A stretch of 64,000 bases of DNA from an uncultured Nitrospiraceae bacterium (GTDB lineage: Bacteria > Nitrospirota > Nitrospiria > Nitrospirales > Nitrospiraceae), in assembly GCA_963730935.1 (NCBI GenBank), contig CAVSTP010000004.1, positions 1,600,001 to 1,664,000 of the forward strand, written 5' to 3'. Both the position numbers and the translations under genes were made by a program. The notes beneath the pieces were generated by a model, which made no database searches, was not told the DNA's origin, and worked only from the letters and a program-made list of their open reading frames with translations. Of this stretch, positions 8,126 to 17,536 are shown in pieces (within the stretch, counting starts at the first letter, position 1; every line of letters begins with the position of its first letter).

Positions 8126-9643
8126 ATGAGGTACGCCAACTGTATGAAGACTGCGATCGGCGGTCTTTCTCTTGTTCTACTCTTGTCGGCCTGTTCCTCC
8201 GGATCCAAGTCGAAGACCACGGCGGGTCCTCCGTCGCAGGACACTTCGCGGGGGGGCAGGGCTGCTCTTTCCCCGCCCAGCGATCTGCCGCGAAGCGACG
8301 TGGTCAGCGATCGTGGCACCACTCCAGGCAAAACGCATGATTCGACCAACCGAGCAGGGCTCTCGGATCGTTCGCCGGAAATCGCGGCAGCCTGCCCGTC
8401 GAAAGTCGACGCTGACGGTAAGGTCGTATTCGATGATCCCACCTGTCCGGATCGCTATCGCCGCCAGGCGGGAACCACCGCAGCAGGCGGTGCTGCAGGA
8501 CTGGCGGCAGCCTGTTCTTCGCACAACGATGCCACCGGCAAGATCATCTACGATGATCCGGCTTGTCCGGATCGCTATCGCAGCCAGGTGGGTACCACCT
8601 CCGAAAAAGAACGTGCGGGACTGGCGGCAGCCTGTTCTTCGCACAACGATGCCACCGGCAAGATCATCTACGATGATCCGGCTTGTCCGGATCGCTATCG
8701 CAGCCAGGCGGCTGCGATGTCATCTATCCGTGAAGCCCGTGTCAGACTTTCGCGGGCCGCCGGCATCAAGGTATGGGACACGGCGCCTGGTGCGGGCACG
8801 AAGACGGGAACGCAGGTTTCTCCTTCCTCGGCACAGGGCGTGGATCCTCAGTGTATCGATGAGCTTGAGAGACAATGCGGAGAGGTTCAGCCTGGCAGCG
8901 GGCGTATCCAACAGTGTTTTGACGACAAGATCAACAACTTTTCACCGATGTGTCAGGAGAAGCTGAAGGAGGGAAAGGCCGCGATCGCTGCCGCTATATT
9001 GACGAACAGGCATGACAAGGAAGTATCAGGGAATGCCAGTGATAGCCGCCAGACGGGAACTAAGGCTGATTACGCGGGAGTGGACCCACGCTGTCCTTCG
9101 ACACTCGATGCGAAAGGCAATGTGATCTATGCTGACTCAGGCTGCGCACACCGGTACTACTATCAGACAAAGGAAAATGCCTATTACGATCGCTATGCGG
9201 ATAAAGCAGCTAAACACGCCCGGGCGGCAGAGATCGCTGCCATCCAGGGTAACGTGCCGGACATGATCCAAAACGCCGAACAGTCATTGGACCATGCGAA
9301 GGAGGCGCGGCGCTCCGGCAATAATCCTGATCTGGCTGCAGGCATCGCGGCCCTGAGGCAGTCGATCGCACTGGGACAAAGCAACGAAGTGGCTCGTTCG
9401 ACGTCATCCCCAACGAGTACTGCCGCCGCCGCGACGCCGCGCACCGTCAAGGGCGAGTTGTCCCAAAAGAAGGACGTGACGAGAGCCGATGGCGGCGAGT
9501 CCTACGTCTTACGGGACCCGGAAAACCGCGAAATTCCAATCTCGTTGTCCCCCGAAATGAGCCGTCAGGTTCAGGTGGGAGATGTCGTGGAAGCGCAGGT
9601 TGACTCGAACGGGCAAGTGACGTCGATTACCAAGGCCCAGTAG
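8126..9643 (+). CDS. Mosaic lipoprotein with Cys-pair repeats, a Cys-rich (GLG1-like) repeat and an SmbP-like domain
   Basis: GGAGG RBS; lipobox LLSAC; four C-x15-C units; CIDELERQC...C...C module; helical segment alignable to SmbP by eye. Confidence 0.75.
   Translation: MRYANCMKTAIGGLSLVLLLSACSSGSKSKTTAGPPSQDTSRGGRAALSPPSDLPRSDVVSDRGTTPGKTHDSTNRAGLSDRSPEIAAACPSKVDADGKVVFDDPTCPDRYRRQAGTTAAGGAAGLAAACSSHNDATGKIIYDDPACPDRYRSQVGTTSEKERAGLAAACSSHNDATGKIIYDDPACPDRYRSQAAAMSSIREARVRLSRAAGIKVWDTAPGAGTKTGTQVSPSSAQGVDPQCIDELERQCGEVQPGSGRIQQCFDDKINNFSPMCQEKLKEGKAAIAAAILTNRHDKEVSGNASDSRQTGTKADYAGVDPRCPSTLDAKGNVIYADSGCAHRYYYQTKENAYYDRYADKAAKHARAAEIAAIQGNVPDMIQNAEQSLDHAKEARRSGNNPDLAAGIAALRQSIALGQSNEVARSTSSPTSTAAAATPRTVKGELSQKKDVTRADGGESYVLRDPENREIPISLSPEMSRQVQVGDVVEAQVDSNGQVTSITKAQ
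8384..8708 (+). repeat. Intragenic tandem repeat, period 120 bp, 3 copies
   Basis: 8498-8588 is identical to 8618-8708 (91 bp); a diverged copy lies at about 8384-8468. Confidence 0.95.
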
Positions 9644-9647
9644 GACG

Positions 9648-9680
9648 AGGGGCGGAGCCGGTATCACGGCTCCGCCCCCC
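9648..9680. terminator. GC-rich hairpin between convergent genes
   Basis: GGGGCGGAGCCG-gtatca-CGGCTCCGCCCC; no strong U-tract. Confidence 0.6.
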
Positions 9681-9695
9681 TCTCGCGATGGTGAC

Positions 9696-10529
9696 CTATT
9701 TGTCTGCCCCAATGGGAGGCAGATTGATGCCGAACCGTTCGAGTCCCATGATCACGGTCAGGGCTGACGGTGAGTGCTGAACAATTTCCTTCTGCACTTC
9801 GATGCGGCGCAGGTCTACAAATTCCGGGGCAGTCAGGCCGAGCGATTCTCGATAGGCCCGGTCGGCAATACCCCGCTGCTTTTCGGCCTTTTCGCGGGCC
9901 TCTTCCGCCTTCTGGAACTCCACCATCGTGATTTTGCGCTGTTCCTGCACAATCGTTTGTGTGGTCTGCTCCACGACGCCCTTGGGCGGTAGGATGCTGC
10001 CGACGACGACGCGATTCAACCGCACCGGGATGTTCTGTTTTTCGATTAATTTGGTCTGCACTTCTCTTGCAATGGCTTCCTGTAATTTTGTGCGCGTGGT
10101 CGGATCGGTGGTCAATTGGAAGAGCGGATATTTCTGCACCTCTTCCCGGACAAACGTCCGGAAGGCTTCCTTCATGTTATTGTGATACCAATTCGGGCCA
10201 TAGCGCGCGATCAATTCCGGTGAACGACCTTCCACGACGTTCGCGATCATGAAGGCGTCAAAGGAGACCGGGGCGTTTTCGGCGGAGATGATGTCGAAAT
10301 GTTCAGAGTACTGGACCGGCCGGACGTCTACATCCACCACGTGCGTAGTCGGCGCCAGCCAGACACGTCCTGTCTTTGATGGAACCGGATCCACGCCGCC
10401 ATGCCCGAAGAAGAACGGCTGCTCCACGAGCACGCCTTCGTGTCCCGCATCGATCGCCGCACAGCCTGACAGCCCCAGCAGCCCAACTCCTCCTACGATT
10501 GCCAGAATGCGTCCCATTGGTCCTTTCAT
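9696..10529 (-). CDS. SPFH/Band 7 domain lipoprotein
   Basis: Lipobox LSGC, then IDAGHEGVLV, SPFH core and a C-terminal coiled coil. Confidence 0.85.
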   Translation of the reverse strand: MKGPMGRILAIVGGVGLLGLSGCAAIDAGHEGVLVEQPFFFGHGGVDPVPSKTGRVWLAPTTHVVDVDVRPVQYSEHFDIISAENAPVSFDAFMIANVVEGRSPELIARYGPNWYHNNMKEAFRTFVREEVQKYPLFQLTTDPTTRTKLQEAIAREVQTKLIEKQNIPVRLNRVVVGSILPPKGVVEQTTQTIVQEQRKITMVEFQKAEEAREKAEKQRGIADRAYRESLGLTAPEFVDLRRIEVQKEIVQHSPSALTVIMGLERFGINLPPIGADK

Positions 10530-10694
10530 AGCCCCCCTCCTCTGCGTGTGTTCCGATCGATGGTTCGGACGGCGTTGTGGAATGGTTACAGTCTAGGCTC
10601 CGGTCATCTGGTAGGTTTACCTTACGAAGCGCTCACGATCAAAGTCAAACCGAAGCGGGTCCGGAAAACGAGGAGAGACAAGGGTTGCAGAAGA

Positions 10695-11105
10695 TTATGA
10701 GATTCCGGCTTGCCGTTGGAGCCAACGCACGTAGCGGATGATCTGCTCGACGTCTGCAGGGGACACCGCATCGATTTTCGGCATGTTACCGAACTCCCAG
10801 TGATGGGCCTTCACGCCGAACTCCGCAGCGCGCAAGAAAGCCGCGTCGCCATGATGATTCGGCTCATAGATCTTATGGACCAGAGGAGGACCTTGCTGAG
10901 TTCCCGTAGCCTGTGGACCATGGCAGGCGGAGCAATGGGCGTTGAACTTGGCCTCGCCAACCTGCAATTCCGACGGAACCGTGCCCCCACCGACCGCGGA
11001 CTTCGGCTGAGAGGAGTCGCATCCGGCCACCGCAGACAGGCCGAGCGTAAGCCCAAGGATGGACAACGACATGGAAAGCGTCTGTCTGAGGAAGACTTGG
11101 ATCAA
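10695..11105 (-). CDS. Monoheme cytochrome c, probable lipoprotein
   Basis: VAGC lipobox; CSACH; GPPLVHKIYEPNHHGD; GNMP distal Met. Confidence 0.9.
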   Translation of the reverse strand: MIQVFLRQTLSMSLSILGLTLGLSAVAGCDSSQPKSAVGGGTVPSELQVGEAKFNAHCSACHGPQATGTQQGPPLVHKIYEPNHHGDAAFLRAAEFGVKAHHWEFGNMPKIDAVSPADVEQIIRYVRWLQRQAGIS

Positions 11106-11266
11106 CGCTGCTCTCCTTGCCGCCCAGCGTTCGTCTCGAACTGCTCGCGCAGCATTTTCTGGGTCCGCTGGAGCGTCATGCGGCGATAGAGGCGCGCGCC
11201 GATCGGCGCGATGACGATCAGTCCGATCGTCAAATACATGAAGAACTCTTCCGGCGACACGCTCAT
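11102..11266 (-). CDS. 54-aa single-TM small protein (absent from ORF track)
   Basis: MSVSPEEFFMYLTIGLIVIAPIGARLYRRMTLQRTQKMLREQFETNAGRQGEQR; its TGA overlaps the TTG start of the cytochrome c gene. Confidence 0.65.
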   Translation of the reverse strand: MSVSPEEFFMYLTIGLIVIAPIGARLYRRMTLQRTQKMLREQFETNAGRQGEQR

Positions 11267-11329
11267 GCTTCCAACCGCTCCATGCTCAGGAGTCAGGCCG
11301 ATGGTGCACGCCCGACGAACGTAGTCCGC

Positions 11330-12031
11330 TCAGAGTACTGCATACCTGGTAGGATCCTCAACCCCGGCCTTCGCAAATCCTTCTCGTCGGATGACACAAC
11401 TATCACACCGTCCGCATGCGAGGTCGCCAACCGGATCGTAGCAGCTATGGGTGAGGTGCAACGGGGCGCCGAGCCTGACGCCGGTTCGAATGATGTCGGC
11501 CTTGGTCATGTCAAGCAAGGGGGCACAGACCTGCAGCGCGGTTCCCTCCACACCGGACTTCGTTCCTGCAGCGACGGCCCCTTCGAATGCCCGGATGAAT
11601 TCCGGCCGGCAGTCCGGATAGCCGGAATAATCCAACACGTTGGCCCCGAAATAAATCAAGGACGCGCCCTCGGCTTCAGCGTGGGCCGCAGCAAGAGAGA
11701 GAAAAATCAGGTTCCGGCCGGGCACATAGGTAACTGGAATCCCGCGACTCCGTTCCTCGCTGCGACGGTCTTTTGGAACCGGCAACTCGCCCGTCAACGC
11801 GGAGCCGCCCAGCGCCCGCAGATTTACAGTAAGGACGGTGTGCTTGGCCGCGTGCATGGCGGCGGCCACCTGGCGAGCCCGTCCCACCTCGACGGCATGA
11901 CGCTGGCCGTAATCGACGGTCAACCATAAGAGCTCATGCCCGGCCTCCCGCGCCAGGGCGGCGGTCACGGTCGAATCAAGTCCCCCGCTCGCAAGAACGA
12001 CAGCGCGGTTGGAAGTTCCAAGAGGGGCCAT
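11330..12031 (-). CDS. queC: 7-cyano-7-deazaguanine synthase
   Basis: SGGLDS, YGQRH, TYVPGRN, YPDCR, SCY...CGRCDSC. Confidence 0.97.
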   Translation of the reverse strand: MAPLGTSNRAVVLASGGLDSTVTAALAREAGHELLWLTVDYGQRHAVEVGRARQVAAAMHAAKHTVLTVNLRALGGSALTGELPVPKDRRSEERSRGIPVTYVPGRNLIFLSLAAAHAEAEGASLIYFGANVLDYSGYPDCRPEFIRAFEGAVAAGTKSGVEGTALQVCAPLLDMTKADIIRTGVRLGAPLHLTHSCYDPVGDLACGRCDSCVIRREGFAKAGVEDPTRYAVL

Positions 12032-12125
12032 TGACGTGAGCCTCGTGGCGACCGTGCCAACAGGAAGGTGTGCGCGCCGGCGGATTGATGCCAGTGCAGG
12101 CGTCAGGCGGGAGGGGCAGAAGGAC

Positions 12126-12683
12126 CTAGTCGCGCTCTTCTTCTTTTTCGATCTTTTCCAGAAGTTCCTCTTTGGCCTGACACTCGACGCAGAGTTTTGC
12201 AAAGGGCACGGCTTCCAAACGCCGCTCGCTGATTTCGACGCCGCACTCGGCACAGATCCCGTATGTCCCTTCGTTGAGCCGGGTAAGGGCTTCATCGATG
12301 GCCTGCCGCCGTCGATTGCGCATTTCCATGAGCGATATGCCCAACTCACGGTCCAGATCCATGAGGGCCTGATCGCCGACATCTCGGGCCGATTCGAGGC
12401 GGCGCTGCTGATCTTCCGTCAAGGACTGTCCCAGACTGCCTTCGATTTCCTTGAGGATTTCGTGGCGTTTGCGCAGCAGCATGTGCTGCAGCGCTTCGCG
12501 GCGTTGCTCCCGGGCTTCACGCTCCTTTGCGGATTCCTTCGGCTTTGCGGCCAGCGGTGACACGGCCATACTTACCGGCTTCTCAATGACGGCCGCCTCC
12601 GCCGGTCTGACTTTTGGCACAGGCTTGGTTGTGGGTTTCGTCTTATTCATAGTTTTCTTCTTCGGAGGTGTTCTCGTCGCCAT
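12126..12683 (-). CDS. dksA: TraR/DksA C4 zinc-finger protein
   Basis: Coiled coil with DVGDQA; YGICAECG...RLEAVP...LCVECQ. Confidence 0.85.
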   Translation of the reverse strand: MATRTPPKKKTMNKTKPTTKPVPKVRPAEAAVIEKPVSMAVSPLAAKPKESAKEREAREQRREALQHMLLRKRHEILKEIEGSLGQSLTEDQQRRLESARDVGDQALMDLDRELGISLMEMRNRRRQAIDEALTRLNEGTYGICAECGVEISERRLEAVPFAKLCVECQAKEELLEKIEKEEERD

Positions 12684-12792
12684 CGCGTTGTCCTCTCCCC
12701 TGGGTAAACGCCGGACGGCAAAAAAAGTTCGGCATCTATAACACGGCTGCTCCGAGTTTGACAAGGGGTTGTAGGAGGACGACCGGCGCCCC

Positions 12793-13317
12793 CTAGGGAT
12801 AGATGATCGTGGAGTGCACGGGATAACCGATCAGCTTTTGCCGGCCGAGCAGGCTTTTCAGCTCGACCAGAAAATCGAGCCCGACGATTTCGCCGCCCAA
12901 CTGCCTGACGAGCGAGACGGTGGCGGCAGCGGTGCCCCCCGTGGCAAGCAGGTCGTCGACGATCAGCACGCGTTCGCCCATCCCGATTGCGTCGCGATGG
13001 ATGGCGAGGGAGTTGGAGCCGTATTCGAGGCTATATTTGACTTCAAAGCTGTCGGCAGGCAGCTTCCCCGGCTTTCGAACCGGGACGAAGCCCGCATTGA
13101 GCCGTTGCGCCAAGACTCCCCCATAGATGAAGCCGCGAGATTCGATGCCCACCACCTTGGCGACCCGCTGCTCTCCATAATACGCGACCAGCCCGTCGGC
13201 GATCGCCGAGAAGGCCTTGCTATCTTTGAGCAGCGTCGTGATGTCGTAGAAAAGAATGCCGGGTTTGGGGAAATCGGGAACTTCGCGGATAAGCGATCGA
13301 TACTCAGCAGCGGTCAT
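12793..13317 (-). CDS. apt: Adenine phosphoribosyltransferase
   Basis: PDFPKPGILFYDIT, ESRGF, RKPGKLP, VDDLLATGGT. Confidence 0.97.
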   Translation of the reverse strand: MTAAEYRSLIREVPDFPKPGILFYDITTLLKDSKAFSAIADGLVAYYGEQRVAKVVGIESRGFIYGGVLAQRLNAGFVPVRKPGKLPADSFEVKYSLEYGSNSLAIHRDAIGMGERVLIVDDLLATGGTAAATVSLVRQLGGEIVGLDFLVELKSLLGRQKLIGYPVHSTIIYP

Positions 13318-13321
13318 TGGC

Positions 13322-14278
13322 TCAGAGCAAGTCCGATTGTGTCAGCGTTTTGCGCTCGATGGTATGGCGCAGACGGCTCAAGGCGGCCATTTCGATTTGC
13401 CGGACGCGTTCGCGGGTCAAGCCCATGTCACGTCCGATCTCCTCAAGCGTCCGCGCCTCGCTACCGTCGAGGCCAAACCGCGACACAATAACAGTTTGCT
13501 CTTTCTCAGGCAACTCCTTCACCCAGGTCATCATTTCGGCCCGCCGCATCACTCCTTCCGCAGTATCCGCAGGCGAGACGCTCATCGGATCTTCGATCAC
13601 GTCGCGAAGGAAGGTGTCGGCCCGATCGTTGATCGGACTGTCGAGCGAACAGGTGGTGCGGACGACCTGCTTCAGATCGAGCACTTCCTCCTCGGTCGTT
13701 TTCATTTTCTGCGCGACCTCTTCGGCGGACGGCTCCCGCCCCAGTTCCTGGACAAGCGCTTCGACCTTGTTCAGATAGCGGTTCAAGCGCTCGACGACGT
13801 GAACCGGTAGACGCACGAGCTTGCCCTGATTAATGATCGCCCGCTCGATGTATTGCCGGATCCACCAGGAGGCATAGGTGCTGAAACGAAAGCCCCGTTT
13901 GTAGTTGAACTTCTCGACGGCCTTGATCAGCCCCAGATTCCCCTCTTCGACGATATCCGAGAATGGAAACCCCCGATGAATGTAGCGCTTGCCGATGCTG
14001 ATGACGAGGCGCAAATTGGACTCGATCATTTGCTGGCGAGCCTGTTCGTCTCCGGCCATGACCCGTTTGCCCAGCTGTTGTTCTTGCTTGAAGGTCAGCA
14101 GTGTCGAGCGGCGGATCTCGCGGAGATAGCTCTTGAGGGTATCCAGACCTTCCGACCGGCCACGGGATTTCTCGTCGTCGGAAGCCTGGTCGAGGTCGGC
14201 GGCATCCTCCTCATCATGGTCCGAGTGGTGTCTTCGCGCTTCACTCTGGTCTGAGAAATCGTCCTGTCTGCTCGCCAT
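13322..14278 (-). CDS. Sigma-70 family factor, RpoS-like/group 2 (no region 1.1)
   Basis: [37 protein letters not shown]...TRERVRQIE. Confidence 0.92.
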   Translation of the reverse strand: MASRQDDFSDQSEARRHHSDHDEEDAADLDQASDDEKSRGRSEGLDTLKSYLREIRRSTLLTFKQEQQLGKRVMAGDEQARQQMIESNLRLVISIGKRYIHRGFPFSDIVEEGNLGLIKAVEKFNYKRGFRFSTYASWWIRQYIERAIINQGKLVRLPVHVVERLNRYLNKVEALVQELGREPSAEEVAQKMKTTEEEVLDLKQVVRTTCSLDSPINDRADTFLRDVIEDPMSVSPADTAEGVMRRAEMMTWVKELPEKEQTVIVSRFGLDGSEARTLEEIGRDMGLTRERVRQIEMAALSRLRHTIERKTLTQSDLL

Positions 14279-14303
14279 TCCGACCTCAGCTCAACACGGC
14301 CCA

Positions 14304-14597
14304 CTAATACCAGACGGCAAAGTCTGCGTGGCGACCTGTCGCCGGTACCCATTCGACGCGGACATCGGTAACCCTCGAAGCCGGCGGACCGACCTTCAGC
14401 GCCGCGATCAGCGACATGATTTGATCCTTCGCACCTTCGGCTTCCAATTCGACTCGTCCATCCTCGCAATTTCTCACACCGCCGACCAGACCGCGGTCGG
14501 TAGCGGCGCGGACGGTGAATGCCCGATAGCCGACGCCTTGGACTCGTCCTGCAACCGAGATCCTGGCCCGAACGGTAGAGTCACTCGCATCAGTCAT
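14304..14597 (-). CDS. acyP: Acylphosphatase
   Basis: GRVQGVGYR, GGVRN..DGRVE, GPPASRV. Confidence 0.95.
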   Translation of the reverse strand: MTDASDSTVRARISVAGRVQGVGYRAFTVRAATDRGLVGGVRNCEDGRVELEAEGAKDQIMSLIAALKVGPPASRVTDVRVEWVPATGRHADFAVWY

Positions 14598-14829
14598 CGT
14601 CCGGCCACTCGCTCGACGTAAGGGATCCTCTCACACCTGGATAAACGCGTCACGTGATTTGCAATTCTATGCGCGGAAACTTTGTATGGATTGTACGTGT
14701 CTTCAATCAGAGGGAGCAATGACGACCGATACTCGGAGTCCGCGACGGGACCTGTGTGCTACAATCGCCGGCCGTTGTCTTCGGACGATCAGCATACTTC
14801 ATCTCTCAATCCTGCGAAGCCCGGGCAAC

Positions 14830-16290
14830 ATGGCACTGAGCGCTACCGAAATTGAGCAGGTGCTTCACGAGATCGCTCCCCACCTTGTTCAGGGACGGAT
14901 TCAAAAGATACACCAACCCGGCGATCGCCTCCTGATCTTCGACATTCGCATGCCAGGCGAAACGCATAGGTTGCTCATTTCCTCCGAACCTGATACCGCA
15001 CGACTACATCTGCTGTCCCGCCCATTGACAAACCCGGCCAGTCCTCCGTCGTTTTGCCAATTCCTTCGCGCACAGGTTCAAGGCGCCCGACTCACGGAGA
15101 TGCAGCAACTCGGACATGACAGGATTGTCACGATGACGGTGGCGACCAGGCACGGGCCCAGAACCATCGTCTGCGAATTCACCGGGCAGCACGCCAATGT
15201 CCTCCTTCTGGATGAACGGCGCGATATTTTGCGAGATCTCAACCGGCAGCGAGAGCTTGTCGGTCGTCTGTACGAAGCGCCTCCGCCGCGCCGGTCCACC
15301 CAGGAGAAGGCCCCTCGCTTCAATCCACAGGGAGCCACCCACCGTTTTCCGGTGTCTCAGGCGATTGAAGCGCATTATCAGGACAAGGAACGAACGCTGG
15401 TGGGAGAACGCGCGCAACAGGAGCGGCTGCGCGTGCTCAAAAAATCGCTCGCAAAAACGCTGCGCCGGATCGATGCATGGCGGCAGGATCTCACCAAGGC
15501 CGCTGCCTACCGCAACTACGCACGGTACGGCGAGCTGCTCAAGGCGAACTTGACGTCCACCACCGCAGGCATGAACCGGATCACGCTCATCGATTATTAC
15601 GATCCGTCGCTTCCTGAAGTCACTCTCCCGCTCGACCCGACAAAGTCAGCCCTTCACAATATGAACGAGTATTTCAGAAAGCATCGCAAGCACCTGTCAG
15701 CCGAACGAGAATTGCCTCCCCGAATCGCCGCCGCCGAACAGGAAATCGAGGCCTTGCAGCGGGAGATCACATCCATCAAGGAAGGCACCTGGGCGGCCTC
15801 TCTGCCCACGAGCCCCGCTCCCTTGACCGGCAAGACCGACTCGAGCCTCCGGCGATCGGCTCACAAGCGAAAAGGTCCGTTTCGGCGGTTCATGTCCGCC
15901 GACGGTCTGCCCATTTTCGTCGGACGCAACGCCCAAGAGAACGAGGAGCTGACATTTCGTCTGGCAAAGAGCGACGACTTGTGGCTCCACGCCAGAGGCG
16001 CTGCAGGGTCTCACGTCGTCGTACGACTGGCCAAGGGCGCTGATCCACCGCCGGAGACCTTACGGGATGCGGCGACGCTCGCCTTGCTCTATAGCGACCT
16101 GAAGAAAAGCGGGAAAGGCGAAGTCATCTACACGAGGCGCAAATGGGTGAAGGCTGCCAAAAGAGAGGCGCCTGGGGCCGTGCTGGTGACCCATGAGCAG
16201 TCGATCCACGTCCAACTGGATCGCAAGCGACTGGACACTCTCAAGGCGCGCAACGAAACTGATCCCCCGCAGAATATGACCTTTCGCTAG
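14830..16290 (+). CDS. rqcH: Ribosome quality control factor RqcH/NFACT (FbpA family)
   Basis: GRIQKIHQP, PPSFCQFLR, VGRNAQENEELT, DLWLHARGAAGSHVV. Confidence 0.9.
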   Translation: MALSATEIEQVLHEIAPHLVQGRIQKIHQPGDRLLIFDIRMPGETHRLLISSEPDTARLHLLSRPLTNPASPPSFCQFLRAQVQGARLTEMQQLGHDRIVTMTVATRHGPRTIVCEFTGQHANVLLLDERRDILRDLNRQRELVGRLYEAPPPRRSTQEKAPRFNPQGATHRFPVSQAIEAHYQDKERTLVGERAQQERLRVLKKSLAKTLRRIDAWRQDLTKAAAYRNYARYGELLKANLTSTTAGMNRITLIDYYDPSLPEVTLPLDPTKSALHNMNEYFRKHRKHLSAERELPPRIAAAEQEIEALQREITSIKEGTWAASLPTSPAPLTGKTDSSLRRSAHKRKGPFRRFMSADGLPIFVGRNAQENEELTFRLAKSDDLWLHARGAAGSHVVVRLAKGADPPPETLRDAATLALLYSDLKKSGKGEVIYTRRKWVKAAKREAPGAVLVTHEQSIHVQLDRKRLDTLKARNETDPPQNMTFR

Positions 16291-16355
16291 GTAAACGGCT
16301 GTTTCTGCGCTAGGCTAAGTCGTCATCGAGTGTTTCACGTAAGAGGGAGGTCTCG

Positions 16356-16871
16356 ATGCCTCACTCCCCAACGTCGCCGGCACACACCCAAAATCCAACC
16401 GTCCTTGTCGTGGACGATGATGCCGCTACGATCGTGCTCTGCAAAAGAATCCTCGAGCAGGCTGGATACTCCGTGCTCTCAGCTTCAGGGAGTTCAGAAG
16501 CGCTCAAACTCTGCAAAGGGCACCAAGGATCGATTGACCTCTTGGTGACCGATCTGGTGTTGCCCCCGCCTGGATTCTCCTTTGCCTCCAGCGATAATGA
16601 ATTCCCGCATGTCCATGGCCACGAGTTAGCGTCCCGCGCACTCCGCATGCGGACGAATCTGCGCGTGATCCTCATGTCCGGGAACATCGACAATGACTTG
16701 GCCGGATACGGCATCCGGAAAGGCACCCTGCCCTTCCTCTCGAAGCCGTTTGATCCTCCCGCCTTCGTGTCGCTCGTGAAGGAGACGCTGAAGGCGTCTC
16801 CACCGACTCCCGAATCGTTACAGAAGGATCACTCGATAGGGACCAAAGGGGCGGACGAGTGGTTCGATTGA
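16356..16871 (+). CDS. Single-domain response regulator
   Basis: VLVVDDD, DLLVTD, ILMSG, FLSKPF. Confidence 0.9.
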   Translation: MPHSPTSPAHTQNPTVLVVDDDAATIVLCKRILEQAGYSVLSASGSSEALKLCKGHQGSIDLLVTDLVLPPPGFSFASSDNEFPHVHGHELASRALRMRTNLRVILMSGNIDNDLAGYGIRKGTLPFLSKPFDPPAFVSLVKETLKASPPTPESLQKDHSIGTKGADEWFD

Positions 16872-16874
16872 GAT

Positions 16875-16910
16875 AAAAAGAGGGTGCCATGGGAACCATG
16901 GCACCCTCTT
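16875..16910. terminator. Intrinsic terminator, probably bidirectional
   Basis: Perfect 15-bp stem AAGAGGGTGCCATGG-gaa-CCATGGCACCCTCTT; U-run on the minus strand. Confidence 0.85.
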
Positions 16911-16935
16911 ACCTGTTTTCAATCAGCGTTACAGC

Positions 16936-17277
16936 TTACCAGCGATCGCGCTTCCCGCCAGGACCACGACCTCCACCGCCACCGCCACCGAACCCGCCGC
17001 GGCCGCCGCCTCCTCCGCCAGTACGCGGCTCCTGGGGACGCGCTTCATTCACCGTCAACGTGCGGCCGCCCATATCTGAGCCGTTCAGCGCCGTAATCGC
17101 AGCCTGCGCCTCGGAATCCGAGGACATCTCCACGAATCCAAATCCTCGGGACTGTCCCGTGAACTTGTCCGTGATGATCCGCGCAGAAGCCACCGCCCCA
17201 TGTGCGCCGAACAAATCGCTCAATTGCTGCTCGGTCGCCGAATAGGGCAACCCACCGACGTAAATCTTCGAACCCAT
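16936..17277 (-). CDS. RRM RNA-binding protein with Gly-rich tail
   Basis: RNP2 IYVGGL, RNP1 RGFGFVEM, LTVNEARP; AAGGAGG RBS. Confidence 0.95.
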   Translation of the reverse strand: MGSKIYVGGLPYSATEQQLSDLFGAHGAVASARIITDKFTGQSRGFGFVEMSSDSEAQAAITALNGSDMGGRTLTVNEARPQEPRTGGGGGGRGGFGGGGGGGRGPGGKRDRW

Positions 17278-17473
17278 GTGGGGTTCCTCCTTTGAATATG
17301 ACATTGTCTTGAACACGAGGAACGGGGGAAGGAGCGGGCCGAAGACGCGAGACATGCGGCGACTTGGGTCTGACTTCCGACGAGATTCCCGGACAAGGCA
17401 ACATCCATGTTGCGGGCCTTACTTTCTTTAGTGAACTCGCTTCCTCGCGAGGCCCGTACGAAGAAGCCCTTCA

Positions 17474-17502
17474 ACCCTAGCACAGGGGGTGGTGGATTAC
17501 AA
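17474..17502 (-). promoter_or_regulatory. Sigma-70 promoter for the RRM gene
   Basis: TTGTAA-N17-TAGGGT with TG extension. Confidence 0.55.
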
Positions 17503-17536
17503 CCGGACACATGGGGAGAAGCCCCGCAAGCCGTTG

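Noticed and set aside
8384..8708. 120-bp repeats as a possible CRISPR array
   Set aside because: Repeats are too long, in frame inside a CDS, and no cas genes are present
12032..12125. preQ1 riboswitch upstream of queC
   Set aside because: No preQ1-type stem-loop or A-rich tail is visible
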